Below are positions 9,663 to 22,325 of a stretch of 64,000 nucleotides of DNA, in pieces. Location of the stretch: the NCBI GenBank assembly GCA_964291625.2, contig OZ220090.1, forward strand, positions 608,001-672,000. The letters are read 5' to 3'. Under the pieces are notes generated by a model. That model was not told the origin of the DNA, did no database searches, and worked only from the letters and a program-made list of their open reading frames with translations. Source of the stretch: Candidatus Latescibacterota bacterium (lineage in GTDB: Bacteria; Latescibacterota; UBA2968; UBA8231). Every line of letters begins with the position of its first letter. Within the stretch, counting starts at the first letter, position 1. Both the position numbers and the translations under genes were made by a program.

Positions 9663-10844
9663 GTGAACCTGCTCCTGGTCTCGGTCGACAGCCTGCGTCT
9701 CGATCACGCGGCGAGGGCCTCCGGGGCCCGGGTGCGGACGCCGCGCTTCGACGCCCTCACACGCGGCTTCGCCTTCACCGAGTCCTGCTTCTCCGTCTCC
9801 TCCGCCACCCGTCCCGTCCACGCCTCCCTGGTGACGGGCCTCCACCCCTTCGAGCACGGAGTCCAGGACCAGTACGACCAGCGCCTGCGCCCGGGGACCC
9901 CCCGCCTCTTCGCCCGCCTCCGGGAGGCCGGCTGCCGCGTCGGTCTGTTCTCCGAGGCGGCCTCGATCTTTCACGGCCTCGACTTCGGCGCCCCCGTCCT
10001 GGACCTCGACCTGCGGCCGGGGGCCGGTCTCGCGCGCCTGCGCGCCTGGCTGGCGGAGTCGGCGGCCGCTTCCCGGCGGTGCCTCTTCGTCCACTACTGG
10101 AGCACCCACACCCCCTACGGGGCCGCCGACGGTCTGGCCATGGGAGAGACCCTGCGGCTCCTGCGCGGGGGGAGGCTCGAGGTCGTCCGCGGCCGCTACC
10201 GGGCGGCGGTGGAGAGCCTCTTCGAGGGGGGCATCGCGCCCCTCCTGGAGGAGATCGACCTCGGCGCGTGGTCGATCGTGATCTTCGGCGACCACGGGGA
10301 GAGCTGGACCCCGGAGGAGCCGTATCACGGCAAGACCCTGCGCAACTCCGTCCTGAGGGTGCCCCTGTGGATGCACGTCCCCGGCGTCGGGCGGGGGATC
10401 GGGGGGGCCGGAGAGGTGGTCAGTCTGATCGACCTGCACGAGACGGTGGCGGCCATCTGCGGACTGGAGGGGACGGAGCCCGGCCCCGGGCGGGACCTGA
10501 CCCGCTCCTCCGGGGAGGCCCGGTACTGCCTGGCCGAGGTCCGTCCGGGGGGAGACGACGATGCGGCGCAGGGCCCGGAGCACTCGAAGGCCGGCCTCCG
10601 CTGGTGCGTTCTGGACCGCCGCCACAAGCTCCTCGGCGGGGACGAGGGCTGGGAGCTGTTCGACACCTGGTCGGAGCTGCCGGTCTCCGGCGAGGACGTG
10701 TCCGAGCGGGCCGAGCCCTACCGGAGGGCCAGGCTGGAGATGCGCAGGAGATCCAGGTGGGGCGAGAGGGCGGGGCCGGTATCGGACGTGGATGGGTCCG
10801 CGGAACTGCGCCGGAGGCTCCGGGCCCTCGGCTACCTGGACTAG
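9663..10844 (+). CDS. Sulfatase-like hydrolase/transferase (alkaline phosphatase superfamily)
   Basis: NLLLVSVDSLR, TRPVHASLVTG, HYWSTHTPY, GDHGE, RVPL, C-terminal RLRALGYL. GTG start inferred. Confidence 0.8.
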   Translation: MNLLLVSVDSLRLDHAARASGARVRTPRFDALTRGFAFTESCFSVSSATRPVHASLVTGLHPFEHGVQDQYDQRLRPGTPRLFARLREAGCRVGLFSEAASIFHGLDFGAPVLDLDLRPGAGLARLRAWLAESAAASRRCLFVHYWSTHTPYGAADGLAMGETLRLLRGGRLEVVRGRYRAAVESLFEGGIAPLLEEIDLGAWSIVIFGDHGESWTPEEPYHGKTLRNSVLRVPLWMHVPGVGRGIGGAGEVVSLIDLHETVAAICGLEGTEPGPGRDLTRSSGEARYCLAEVRPGGDDDAAQGPEHSKAGLRWCVLDRRHKLLGGDEGWELFDTWSELPVSGEDVSERAEPYRRARLEMRRRSRWGERAGPVSDVDGSAELRRRLRALGYLD

Positions 10845-11290
10845 GACCGGCCTCCGGATCCGGGTGATTCCGGAGCGCCCGGCGCCGGGGCCCCCCGCCG
10901 CATCAGGGACGACTTGTAGCGCTCCGGCTCGTACGCCTCGAGAGTGACGATGCGGCACCCCGGGATGGCCTCGGCGAGCCCGGGCGGCGGCTTCTGGTCA
11001 TACCCCAGAGCGATCACCCCGGGGCCGATGTCGGCCACCACCCGCAGGAAATCGGAGCCCGGATACCCGAGACGAGCGTCGTCCACGGCGTCGTGCTCCG
11101 AGATCCGCCGCAGGCGCTCGTCCTCCCCCTGATCCGGCCCCTTGCCCTTGATGCGCAGGACGTTGGCATCCCGCGCCACGACCACGAAGAGCTCGTCCCC
11201 GAGACGGGCGGCCTGGCGGAGGAAGGAGTCGTGGCCCGGGTGGAAGTGGTCGAAGGTCCCGCAGCACATGACCCGCCGCCCCGCCTCCAC
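10841..11290 (-). CDS. Cytidylyltransferase-family nucleotidyltransferase (RibL-type FAD synthase-like)
   Basis: GTFDHFHPGH (HxGH), VVVARD, IALGYDQ, YKSS. Confidence 0.85.
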   Translation of the reverse strand: MEAGRRVMCCGTFDHFHPGHDSFLRQAARLGDELFVVVARDANVLRIKGKGPDQGEDERLRRISEHDAVDDARLGYPGSDFLRVVADIGPGVIALGYDQKPPPGLAEAIPGCRIVTLEAYEPERYKSSLMRRGAPAPGAPESPGSGGRS

Positions 11291-11808
11291 TAGCGGCCCT
11301 CCCCCTCCTTCGATCGGCGGTCCACCCAGAACTGTCCGCCCTGCTCGCGGCTGAAGCGTTGTCCGAAGCTGTCGGCCTCCTCGCGGCGGGCGAAGTAGCC
11401 GATGCGCAGGCGGACCCCCTGGGCCGAGGGGAGGAGATAGGCGGGGTAGCCGAGGGCCTTGAGCTGTTGCAGCCGCTCACGGGCCCGGCCGGGGTCTGCA
11501 AACATCCCGACCTGCACCGTGTACTCCCCGTCGGGAGCGAAGGCCACCCCATCCTTCGCCCCAGGCAGGGCAGCCTCGATGGGGGCGGGCTCTTCGGGGG
11601 CTTCCTCGACCATCGGCGGAGGGGCCGACAGGTCGGCGGTGCGGACCTGCTGGCTGTCCTCCACGACGTAGACGATCTCGGTGCGCGTCCCCGGCTCTTC
11701 CCCGCCGGGGTCGGAGCCGCCTCCGGCGCATGCGCACAGAACCACGGAGAACGCCAGGGAGGCCGGGGCGGGAAGGCCGGGCCGGGAGGATGGACGGGTC
11801 TGTCTCAT
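11290..11808 (-). CDS. SPOR-domain lipoprotein
   Basis: Lipobox-like LCAC, Pro/Glu linker, C-terminal YTVQVGMF...A...L...GYPAY...RLRIGYF.RREEA. Confidence 0.8.
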   Translation of the reverse strand: MRQTRPSSRPGLPAPASLAFSVVLCACAGGGSDPGGEEPGTRTEIVYVVEDSQQVRTADLSAPPPMVEEAPEEPAPIEAALPGAKDGVAFAPDGEYTVQVGMFADPGRARERLQQLKALGYPAYLLPSAQGVRLRIGYFARREEADSFGQRFSREQGGQFWVDRRSKEGEGR

Positions 11809-12812
11809 GGTCTCAGATCTTCAGGACGCTCTTGGAGGCGGGGAGCCGCGGCCTCGAGCCGTTCGAGGAGGAACAACCCCCATTTCCTTCGGTTCACATG
11901 GTACGGCAAGGAAGCGAGGGCTTCCAGCGGCAGGCCGGAACGGCGCAGCCGCGTCCCCAACTCCGGACTCGGCGGGGCCAGCATGGCCACGACCCCTCCC
12001 GGGGCGACGACCCGGGAGAGGTCGGCCATCTCCTCCTCCAGGTTCTCCACCCCGGCCCGAGGAACCAGCAGAGCCGCCGCGGCGGTCTCGTCCCCCACCG
12101 GCAGGCGCCGGCTGTCGGCGCCCACAGCGAGGCCGCTGCCGTCCCCTCGGCCGACCCAGGCTCCCGCCCTGCCCTTGTGGGGGACCGCCACGAGGAGATC
12201 CTGATCCTCGAGGTCGAGGAGCCGCGCAACGGAGCTGGCCGCAGGCCCGGGCCAGCCCTCCCGGCGGGGATCTCCCCCGGGGCGTCCGGGCCCGAGCTGG
12301 ACGGAGACCAGGGCGCGCCGGCGCCTCACCTGCAGGTTCAGGCGTATCGGCGAGCCGCTCCCGCTGCCGGACTGCAGCCCGAACTCCGACCTCAGGAGCG
12401 TCTCGGCCCCGGCGCGCAACTCCCCGGTCTCGAAGCGGTGGTTTCCGCGAAGGCTGACATCCAGGTGGAACCGGCCCCCATCGACGCCCGGGTCGCAGGC
12501 GCGGGCGATACGGTGCACGCTCTCCAGCGGCAGCTGGCGGAGGCATCTCAGGGTCCGCTCCAGGCCGGGCCTGCCGACGGTGACATCGTGGGCCTGCGCC
12601 GCGATCGCCTGCAGGCGGGTGGGGCACCGCAACTCGAGGAGCCGGCGGGGACTGGCGCGGTAGCGGAAGAAGACCCGGCCCACCCCGCCTCTCTCCGGGC
12701 GCACGGCGGAGGCCGCGGAGCCGAGACGGACCCGCATCTCCTCGACGGCGACCTCCTCGAGGCCGCCGATGCAGGTGATGACGAACTCCGTCAGACTCGC
12801 GGGGGCGGACAT
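11805..12812 (-). CDS. THUMP-domain protein with degenerate methyltransferase-like C-terminus
   Basis: N-terminal TCIGGLEEVAVEEM and GRVFF resemble THUMP/RlmL-type N-termini; C-terminal LSRVVAPGG, but no recognisable SAM motif I. Confidence 0.55.
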   Translation of the reverse strand: MSAPASLTEFVITCIGGLEEVAVEEMRVRLGSAASAVRPERGGVGRVFFRYRASPRRLLELRCPTRLQAIAAQAHDVTVGRPGLERTLRCLRQLPLESVHRIARACDPGVDGGRFHLDVSLRGNHRFETGELRAGAETLLRSEFGLQSGSGSGSPIRLNLQVRRRRALVSVQLGPGRPGGDPRREGWPGPAASSVARLLDLEDQDLLVAVPHKGRAGAWVGRGDGSGLAVGADSRRLPVGDETAAAALLVPRAGVENLEEEMADLSRVVAPGGVVAMLAPPSPELGTRLRRSGLPLEALASLPYHVNRRKWGLFLLERLEAAAPRLQERPEDLRP

Positions 12813-12818
12813 GCCGGT

Positions 12819-14078
12819 TCAGCCCCCGGGGAGGACGGTGGCGGCGGCCGGCCCGTCCGGCGTCAGACACTCGGCCGCGCAGGCCGCCACGGCCGCCGCG
12901 TCGAGGGCGCCGTCGCCGAGATGGAGGTCCACGAGATCGAAGGGATGGCAGCCGCGGCGCACGGCGCACTCGACGAGGTCGGCGCACTCCTCCGCGTCCT
13001 CCCACCGGCAGACCATCTCGCCGAAGACCCGGCGCCGGGCCTGCTCGAAGCCCTCCTCGATCCGCGCACCCGTCTCCAGCTCCTCGACGATGGCGTGGCG
13101 CAGCGCTTCGGGGTGGTCCGTATCTCCCCCGAGCAGGCAGAAACCGTAGAGCCCGTCGAGGTGGACCTCGCCGCCGAAGCTCTCACCGTCGATCAGGCCG
13201 GACTCGTAAGCCTCCTCGAAGAAGCCGCTCGAAGCGCCGAAGAGGATGTCGAGGGCCATCTCCAGGCTCAACTCGCGCCGCAGCAGCTCCAACCCTGCAG
13301 CCGGGACCGGATCCGGGAAGAGCAGCAGGTGTCGGGCCTTGGCCACGGCTCTCCGGACCTCCATGTCCTGCGGCCTCGCTTCGATCCTCGGTCCGCGGCC
13401 CCCCCCGGCGGCACCCGACGGCCACGCCTCCAGCAGCTCCACCCCGCGCCGGCAGACGGCCTCCCCCTCCGCGGCGCCGCAGACGATCAGCTGCAGGGCG
13501 CCCGGGTGGTAGTACTGCTGGTGGCACCGGCTCAGCACCCCGGCGTCGATCCGGCGCAGGCTCTCCGGGGTTCCGGCGATGTCCACGGCGATCCTGTGTT
13601 CGCCGTACAGGGCGCGCAGGGCGGTCTGGAAGGCCACCCACTCGACGCTGTCATCGAAGAGCTGGATCTCGCGGGCGATGATCTCTCGTTCCCGCTCCAC
13701 GCCTGACTCGGGGAAGTGGCCCCGACCGGCGAGCTCGAAGAGCAGGGGGAGGCAGTCCTCGAAGGCTTCGGCGCTGGCGGTGAAGGAGAAAGAGGTGCCC
13801 GTGAGCCCGGTCTGGGCGTCGACATCGGCTCCCAGACTCGTGAACCGGTCGGTGATGTCCCCCTCGGGCTTCTCGAAGAGCCGGTGCTCCAGGAAGTGGG
13901 CGGTGCCCTCCGGCAGAGCCGGTCCTCCGGGGGCTCCGGCGTCGATGGCACCGAAGTCCACCAGGAGGACCGCGTGACAGCGGCGGCCCGGGCAGGGCAC
14001 AGCCCACACCCTTCCGCCGCCGGGGACGGCGGCGGTCCATACCTCCTCGCGCAGCAGGGGATGCCCTCTCCGGTTCAC
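12819..14078 (-). CDS. M16 family zinc peptidase, active subunit (YmfH-like)
   Basis: PEGTAHFLEHRLF (HxxEH), EREII.REIQLFDD, IAGT.ESL, YYHPG. GTG start at 14078 overlaps the upstream stop. Confidence 0.85.
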   Translation of the reverse strand: MNRRGHPLLREEVWTAAVPGGGRVWAVPCPGRRCHAVLLVDFGAIDAGAPGGPALPEGTAHFLEHRLFEKPEGDITDRFTSLGADVDAQTGLTGTSFSFTASAEAFEDCLPLLFELAGRGHFPESGVEREREIIAREIQLFDDSVEWVAFQTALRALYGEHRIAVDIAGTPESLRRIDAGVLSRCHQQYYHPGALQLIVCGAAEGEAVCRRGVELLEAWPSGAAGGGRGPRIEARPQDMEVRRAVAKARHLLLFPDPVPAAGLELLRRELSLEMALDILFGASSGFFEEAYESGLIDGESFGGEVHLDGLYGFCLLGGDTDHPEALRHAIVEELETGARIEEGFEQARRRVFGEMVCRWEDAEECADLVECAVRRGCHPFDLVDLHLGDGALDAAAVAACAAECLTPDGPAAATVLPGG

Positions 14079-15367
14079 CACGGCGCCAGAAAGTAGTCGG
14101 TCTCCAGTTCCAGGCGCGCCGCCTCGGCACGGACCGCCCCCGCGTCGACTCCGCCCAGTGCCTGCCGCAGGCGCCTTCGCGAGGTGTCGGCCCCCGCCAG
14201 CCGCCGGTAGTAGTCGAAGCGGACGAGGCGGTCCCGGGCGTCGTCGAAGCCGTCGAGCCGGTTCCGGGCGAGGGCGCGCGAGCGTTCGAGCTCGGCCCCG
14301 CCGGGACCGGCCCGGGCCAGCTCCCGCAGCTGCTCCCGAACCAGGCCGCCCACAGCCTCCCGGTCTCCGGCCTCGACCCCGGCCTCGACGAAGAACATCC
14401 CTCCCATGGCCTCGCCGTAGGAGGTGATGTAGTAGCACATCCCCGACTCCTCGCGGACCACCCGCGAGAGGCGGGAGTGCTGATCGGCCGCGAAGATCAG
14501 GTCCAGAAGGGCCAGGGCCGGGTAGCGGCAGCGCTCCCCGCCGCCGACGGTGACATCGGTGCGGTAACCAAGCATCATCCGGCCCTGGGCCACCCTGTCC
14601 CGCTCGGTCACCCTCCTCATCCCCTCCCCGGCCAGGTGGACGGGAGGCGGGGGTGTCGCCTCCAGGTCGGGGCGCGGCCAGCCCAGGGCCGCCTCCGCCA
14701 GGGTCGCCGCACGGTCGACGTCGACATCCCCGCAGATGTAGAGATCGAGGGCCGCCGAAGCCCGGAGCCCGGCCAGCTCGGCCAGGAGGTCGGAGCCGGT
14801 CAGGCCGCACAACTCCGACGGATCGCCGTGCGCCGCCAGTCCATACGCCTCCCCCGCGCACATGATTTCGAGACAGCGCCTCTGGGCGAGGGCGGTCCGG
14901 TCGGAGTAGATCGCCTCGACACTGCGGCGCAGGGACTCCTTCTCCTGCTCCACCCGGGCCTCCGGAAAGACCCCCCCCTCCAGGTACGGCTCTCGCAACG
15001 CCTGACCCAGCAGCTCGAGGCCGGGGGCCAGCAGATCGGGGCGGCCGGGGAGGTACGCGCCCTCCACGGCCTCGTAGTGCAGGTGCAGGACCTGAAACGG
15101 TCCCATGCCTTCGGTCTGGGAGGAGAAGACGGCTCCGTAGAGATCGTCGGTGTGGCGGTTCAACTGGCGGATCCCGGGGAGGCTGGCGGTGCCGCGCTCC
15201 AGCAGGCGCCCCACCAGGGCCATCCGCGTCGCCGCCACGGGCCGGAGCAGACGCGGAAGGAAGAGATCGATCCACACCGACTTGAAGCGCCGGGAACGGC
15301 GCACGTGGAGGCGCAGCCCGGGGTGCAGGAGGAAGCTGTCGAAGTCCGAGTCGGGCTCCGGGGCCAC
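14075..15367 (-). CDS. M16 family peptidase-like protein, non-catalytic subunit (YmfF-like)
   Basis: RRFKSVWI, LLERGT, SRL...VREE.GMCYY; no HxxEH. Start uncertain (GTG 15367). Confidence 0.75.
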   Translation of the reverse strand: MAPEPDSDFDSFLLHPGLRLHVRRSRRFKSVWIDLFLPRLLRPVAATRMALVGRLLERGTASLPGIRQLNRHTDDLYGAVFSSQTEGMGPFQVLHLHYEAVEGAYLPGRPDLLAPGLELLGQALREPYLEGGVFPEARVEQEKESLRRSVEAIYSDRTALAQRRCLEIMCAGEAYGLAAHGDPSELCGLTGSDLLAELAGLRASAALDLYICGDVDVDRAATLAEAALGWPRPDLEATPPPPVHLAGEGMRRVTERDRVAQGRMMLGYRTDVTVGGGERCRYPALALLDLIFAADQHSRLSRVVREESGMCYYITSYGEAMGGMFFVEAGVEAGDREAVGGLVREQLRELARAGPGGAELERSRALARNRLDGFDDARDRLVRFDYYRRLAGADTSRRRLRQALGGVDAGAVRAEAARLELETDYFLAPW

Positions 15368-15580
15368 GGCGAGAGCGAGGGGTGGTGCGTGGTTGGCGGT
15401 AGAGTCGGGGGCGGGCCCTTGGCGGGCTCGCGGTGTCACTGGATCCAAGATCGGCGAACCCCGGCTCCAGGGCAAAGCGTACGGCCCCGCGGATGATCCG
15501 AGCCGCCGGTCCGATCCCCGGGGCTTGCCCGGCGGCCTCGGGTAGGCGATGATGGTGCACCTTGCCTCCAGGACAAGGGA

Positions 15581-16339
15581 ATGAGCGTCTCTCTGGATCT
15601 GATCTCCATCGTGCTGGTGGAGCCTGCGGTTCCCGGAAACATCGGCTCCGTGGCCCGGGTCATGCGCAACACGGGGCTGAGCCGCCTCACCCTCGTCCGC
15701 CCCGGCGACTGGCGCACCCCCGAATGCGAATGGATGGCCCACGGCTCGGCGGATGTCCTCGACGAGGCCCGTGTCGTGGAGGACCTGGAGGAGGCGGTCA
15801 CGGACTGCCAGATCGTCATCGGGACCACGCACCGCGTGGGCAGGTTTCGGGTCGTGGACGACGACTACCGCGCATCCCTTGCCGAGACTTCGGCCCAGGC
15901 CGCTGCGGGCCGCCGCATCGCCGTCCTCTTCGGGCGCGAGAAGGACGGCCTCTCGCGGTCGGAACTGGTGCGCTGCCAGCGCCTCATCCGCATCCCATCG
16001 GCCGTCCCCCACCCCTCCTTCAACCTGTCGCACGCGGTGCTCCTGGTGGCTTACGAGTTGTTCCGGCGCCTCGGCGATCCGCCGCGGACGGCCCCCGCCG
16101 CGCCGCTGGCCACAGCGGCACAGATCGACCGGGTCGTGGAGCACCTGCTGGAGGCGATGCTCACCATCGGGTTCAGGCCCCGGAACGAGGACCCGGCGAA
16201 CTTCGAGCGCGTGCTCCGCCGGTTCCTGGGGCGGGCCCCCCTCGAAAGGCGGGACGCGGCCGTGCTGCACCGCCTGGCGGGACAGGTCGGCAAGTTCGCC
16301 CGCCGTCTCCGGCAGGGCCCGGACGAGACTTCAGTGTGA
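15581..16339 (+). CDS. trmJ: SPOUT RNA methyltransferase, TrmJ/LasT family
   Basis: IVLVEP..PGNIGSVARVMRN.G, VLFGRE.DGL, PSFNLSHAV, C-terminal helical domain. Confidence 0.85.
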   Translation: MSVSLDLISIVLVEPAVPGNIGSVARVMRNTGLSRLTLVRPGDWRTPECEWMAHGSADVLDEARVVEDLEEAVTDCQIVIGTTHRVGRFRVVDDDYRASLAETSAQAAAGRRIAVLFGREKDGLSRSELVRCQRLIRIPSAVPHPSFNLSHAVLLVAYELFRRLGDPPRTAPAAPLATAAQIDRVVEHLLEAMLTIGFRPRNEDPANFERVLRRFLGRAPLERRDAAVLHRLAGQVGKFARRLRQGPDETSV

Positions 16340-17344
16340 GTCCGGCAGCGGTTCGAGCCAGCGCCGGAACCACGCCAGGACGCGGCTCTCCATCGGCCTC
16401 GAGAACCCGTGCCCCACATCCTCCTCGATCCAAAGCTCCAGTCTGTCCGCGGCGCTGTCGGCATAGGCCGTCGAGGCCGCCGCAAAGGTCCGGCGCGCCG
16501 CAGCCGGGGTGATGTAGGGGTCCAGCTCTCCAGTCATCAGCAGCAGCGGCCGGGGGGCCAGGGAAGCCGCCAGGCGCGGCGCGTCAAGGACGGCCAGCTC
16601 CGGCATCCAGGCGAGAAAGGCCTTCCGGACCCGGTCCGGAGAAGCCCCCTCCCGGATCAGGCGTTCGGTCAGGGGCAGTCCCCCGAAGAGGCGCCGCCAG
16701 GCAACGGTGCCGAAGACCTCCGCCCAGCACAGCTGGCCGGCCACGGAGACGACGCAGTCGACCCGCTCGTCGACCGAGGCCAGCAGCAGCGCCTCCATGC
16801 CGCCCATGCTCAACCCCATCATGCCGATGCGGCCGGCATCGGCCTCCGGCCGGGAGGCGGCGTAGTCCAGGGCCCGCTGCAGATCCAGGACGTACTCGCC
16901 GAGCACCCGCGGCAGGCCCTTGGCGCGGATGGCTTCCGCCGGGTCCCCCGGGCGCTCTCCGTGATAGGGCCTGTCGATGGTGAGGACGAAGAACCCGGCC
17001 TGGGCCCACAGGGGCAGCAGGGCCCGGGGCCGCAGGAGGTCTTCCTTGCGGTTGGGACTGCCCGGCATGAGCAGAAGGACGGGCAGGGGGCGCGCCCTCG
17101 GCAGCTCGGACCAGCTCACCAGGGCGGGTATGGGGCGGCCGTGGTAGCCGTCGAAGCGGACCCGTTCGACGACCGCGTCGCGGCGGCGCCAGGAGCTGTC
17201 CACCTGCGCCGAGAGTGGCGCGGACGGCGTGTGGGGCAGGTGCAGGGCCTTGCGGACCCGGGTTTCGGCATCGGGGGCGGCGCGGCAGCCGGAGCCGATG
17301 ACGAGCAGAACCAGCGCCGCCCGCCCCCACCTCCCGCGGCTCAC
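16331..17344 (-). CDS. Alpha/beta hydrolase (acetylxylan esterase / dienelactone hydrolase-like), possible lipoprotein
   Basis: GLSMGG nucleophile elbow, GELD acid, GH base, APRPLL. N-terminal hydrophobic stretch ending GSGC. GTG overlaps the gmd stop. Confidence 0.8.
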   Translation of the reverse strand: MSRGRWGRAALVLLVIGSGCRAAPDAETRVRKALHLPHTPSAPLSAQVDSSWRRRDAVVERVRFDGYHGRPIPALVSWSELPRARPLPVLLLMPGSPNRKEDLLRPRALLPLWAQAGFFVLTIDRPYHGERPGDPAEAIRAKGLPRVLGEYVLDLQRALDYAASRPEADAGRIGMMGLSMGGMEALLLASVDERVDCVVSVAGQLCWAEVFGTVAWRRLFGGLPLTERLIREGASPDRVRKAFLAWMPELAVLDAPRLAASLAPRPLLLMTGELDPYITPAAARRTFAAASTAYADSAADRLELWIEEDVGHGFSRPMESRVLAWFRRWLEPLPDSH

Positions 17345-18311
17345 TTCTCGAGGGCCACCAGCTCCATGTCCCGCTCCACCATCATCGCCACCATCTCCTC
17401 GAAGGAGACCTCCGGCTCCCATCCCAGGACCCGGCGGGCCTTCGACGGATCGCCGCGCAGGACCTCGACCTCGGCCGGCCGCAGGAAGCGTTCGTCGATC
17501 TGGACATACTCCTGCCAGTCGAGGCCCACGGAGCCGAAGGCGGCCTCGCAGAACTGGCGGATCGTGCGGTCGCGGCCGGTGGCGATGACGAAGTCGTCGG
17601 GGGTCTCCTGCTGCAGCATCATCCACATGGCGCGCACGAAGTCCCCCGCGTAGCCCCAGTCCCGGCGGGCGTCGAGGTTGCCCAGCAGGAGCCGGCTGTC
17701 CCTGCCGTGCTTAATGCGCGCCACCCCGTTGGTGATCTTGCGGCTGACGAATTCCAGCCCCCGGCGAGGAGACTCGTGGTTGAAGAGGATCCCCGCGCAG
17801 GCGTACATGTCGTACGACTCGCGGTAGTTGATGGTGATCCAGTGTCCGTAGACCTTCGAGACGCCGTAGGGGCTGCGCGGGTAGAAGGGTGTCGTCTCCG
17901 TCTGCGGCGACTCTCGCACCTTGCCGAAGAGCTCCGACGTGGAGGCCTGGTAGAAGCGGATCCCCGCGTCGGTGGAACGGATCGCCTCGAGGAGGCGGGC
18001 CACGCCGAGAGCGGTGATCTCGCCCGTCAGCAGGGGTTGGGCCCAGGAAGCCGGGACGAAGGACTGGGCGCCGAGGTTGTAGACCTCGTGGGGACGGGCT
18101 TCCTGAATGGCGAACATCAGGGAGTTCTGGTCGAGGAGGTCTCCCGACAGCAGGTGGACATCGTGCTGGATGTGGCGGATACGCTCGAAGTTGACCGTGC
18201 TGGAGCGGCGGATCAGTCCGTAGACGTCGTAGCCCTTCTCCAGCAGGAACTCGGCGAGGTAGGAGCCGTCCTGGCCGGTGATCCCGGTAACGAGAGCGCG
18301 GCGGTCACCCA

Positions 18312-18312
<1 letters not shown>
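17341..18312 (-). CDS. gmd: GDP-mannose 4,6-dehydratase
   Basis: [55 protein letters not shown]. Confidence 0.96.
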
Positions 18313-21195
<2,883 letters not shown>

Positions 21196-21209
<14 letters not shown>

Positions 21210-22325
21210 CGGCGCTCCTCCTCGGGCGGCGGCGACGGCGGCGGCGGACCCTGGACGGCACGAAGGGCAGGGAAACGACCTCGGCAGCTGCCGCCTTGCC
21301 ACGGATCTCCACTTCCAGCCTGGTCCCGACGCCGGCATGTCGGCTGGCCACGTAGCCCATGGCGATCCCCCGCCGCAGAACGGGAGAGTGGGTACCGCTG
21401 GTCACGCGGCCGACCTCGACGCCGTCGACTCTCAGCGCCTGCCCGGGGCGGGGGATGCCGCGGTCGAGCAGGCCGAGGCCGACCAGCCGCCGGGGAACGC
21501 CGATATCGCGTTGGGCCCGCAGCGGCCCCCGGCCCGGGTACTCCCGTGGCTTGTCCAGGGCGAGGGCCCACTCCAGGCCCGCTTCCAGAGGGCTCGTGGT
21601 CTCGGTCAGCTCGTTGCCGTAGAGGCAGAGGCCGGCTTCGAGGCGCAGGGAGTCCCGGGCCGCCAGCCCCACGGGGTGGGCGCCGGCCTCCAGCAGACGC
21701 GACCAGAGGGCCGGGCCGTCGGCGGCGGGGCAGATGATCTCGAAACCGTCCTCCCCGGTGTAACCGCTGCGGCTGACCAGCCAATCGCCCGAGGCGCCTT
21801 CGGCCATGATGAACCGGAAGAACCCGAGGCGGCTGCAGGAGTCGTCGATCAGGGCCGTGACCAGCCCTTCCGCCTTCGGGCCCTGGACGGCGATCATCAC
21901 CTGACTCCCGGTCCGCTCCTCGACCCGGGGGGAGGCGGATGGCAGCCGCTCGAGGATCCAGGCGCGGTCGGACTCGGTACGGGCCGCGTTGACAACGAGG
22001 ATGAACCCCTCCTCCGCGAGGCGGTACACGGCCAGATCGTCGAGGGCCCCCCCCGGTCATTGCACAAGACGGTGTAGGCCATCCGGCCCGGGGACAGCGG
22101 CTCGACGGCGCAGGGCAGCAGACCATCGAGAAACTCCGCCGCTCCCGGGCCCGAGACGTACAGGCGCCCCATGTGGCTCACGTCGAACAGACCGGCACCT
22201 TTCCGGGTCTGCAGGTGCTCCTCCTGGATGCCGGCGTACTGGATCGGCATCTCCCAGCCCGCGAAATCGACGAGACGGGCCCCGGCCTCATGGTGTCGAC
22301 CCCACAGGGGCGTCCTGCGACTCAA
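21196..22325 (-). CDS. gcvT: Glycine cleavage aminomethyltransferase T, split by one frameshift at about 22047-22054
   Basis: Frame 1: RTPL...DFAGWEMPIQY...GLFDVSHMG...LCNDRGG. Frame 2: LDDLAVYR...SRSGYTGEDGFE...GLAARDSLRLEAG. One extra G in a G8 run restores GGALDD. Confidence 0.9.

Noticed and set aside
12819-16270. 913-aa and 731-aa versions of the M16 peptidases in the ORF track
   Set aside because: The N-terminal extensions overlap the neighbouring gene or trmJ antisense; recognisable sequence starts near 14078 and 15367.
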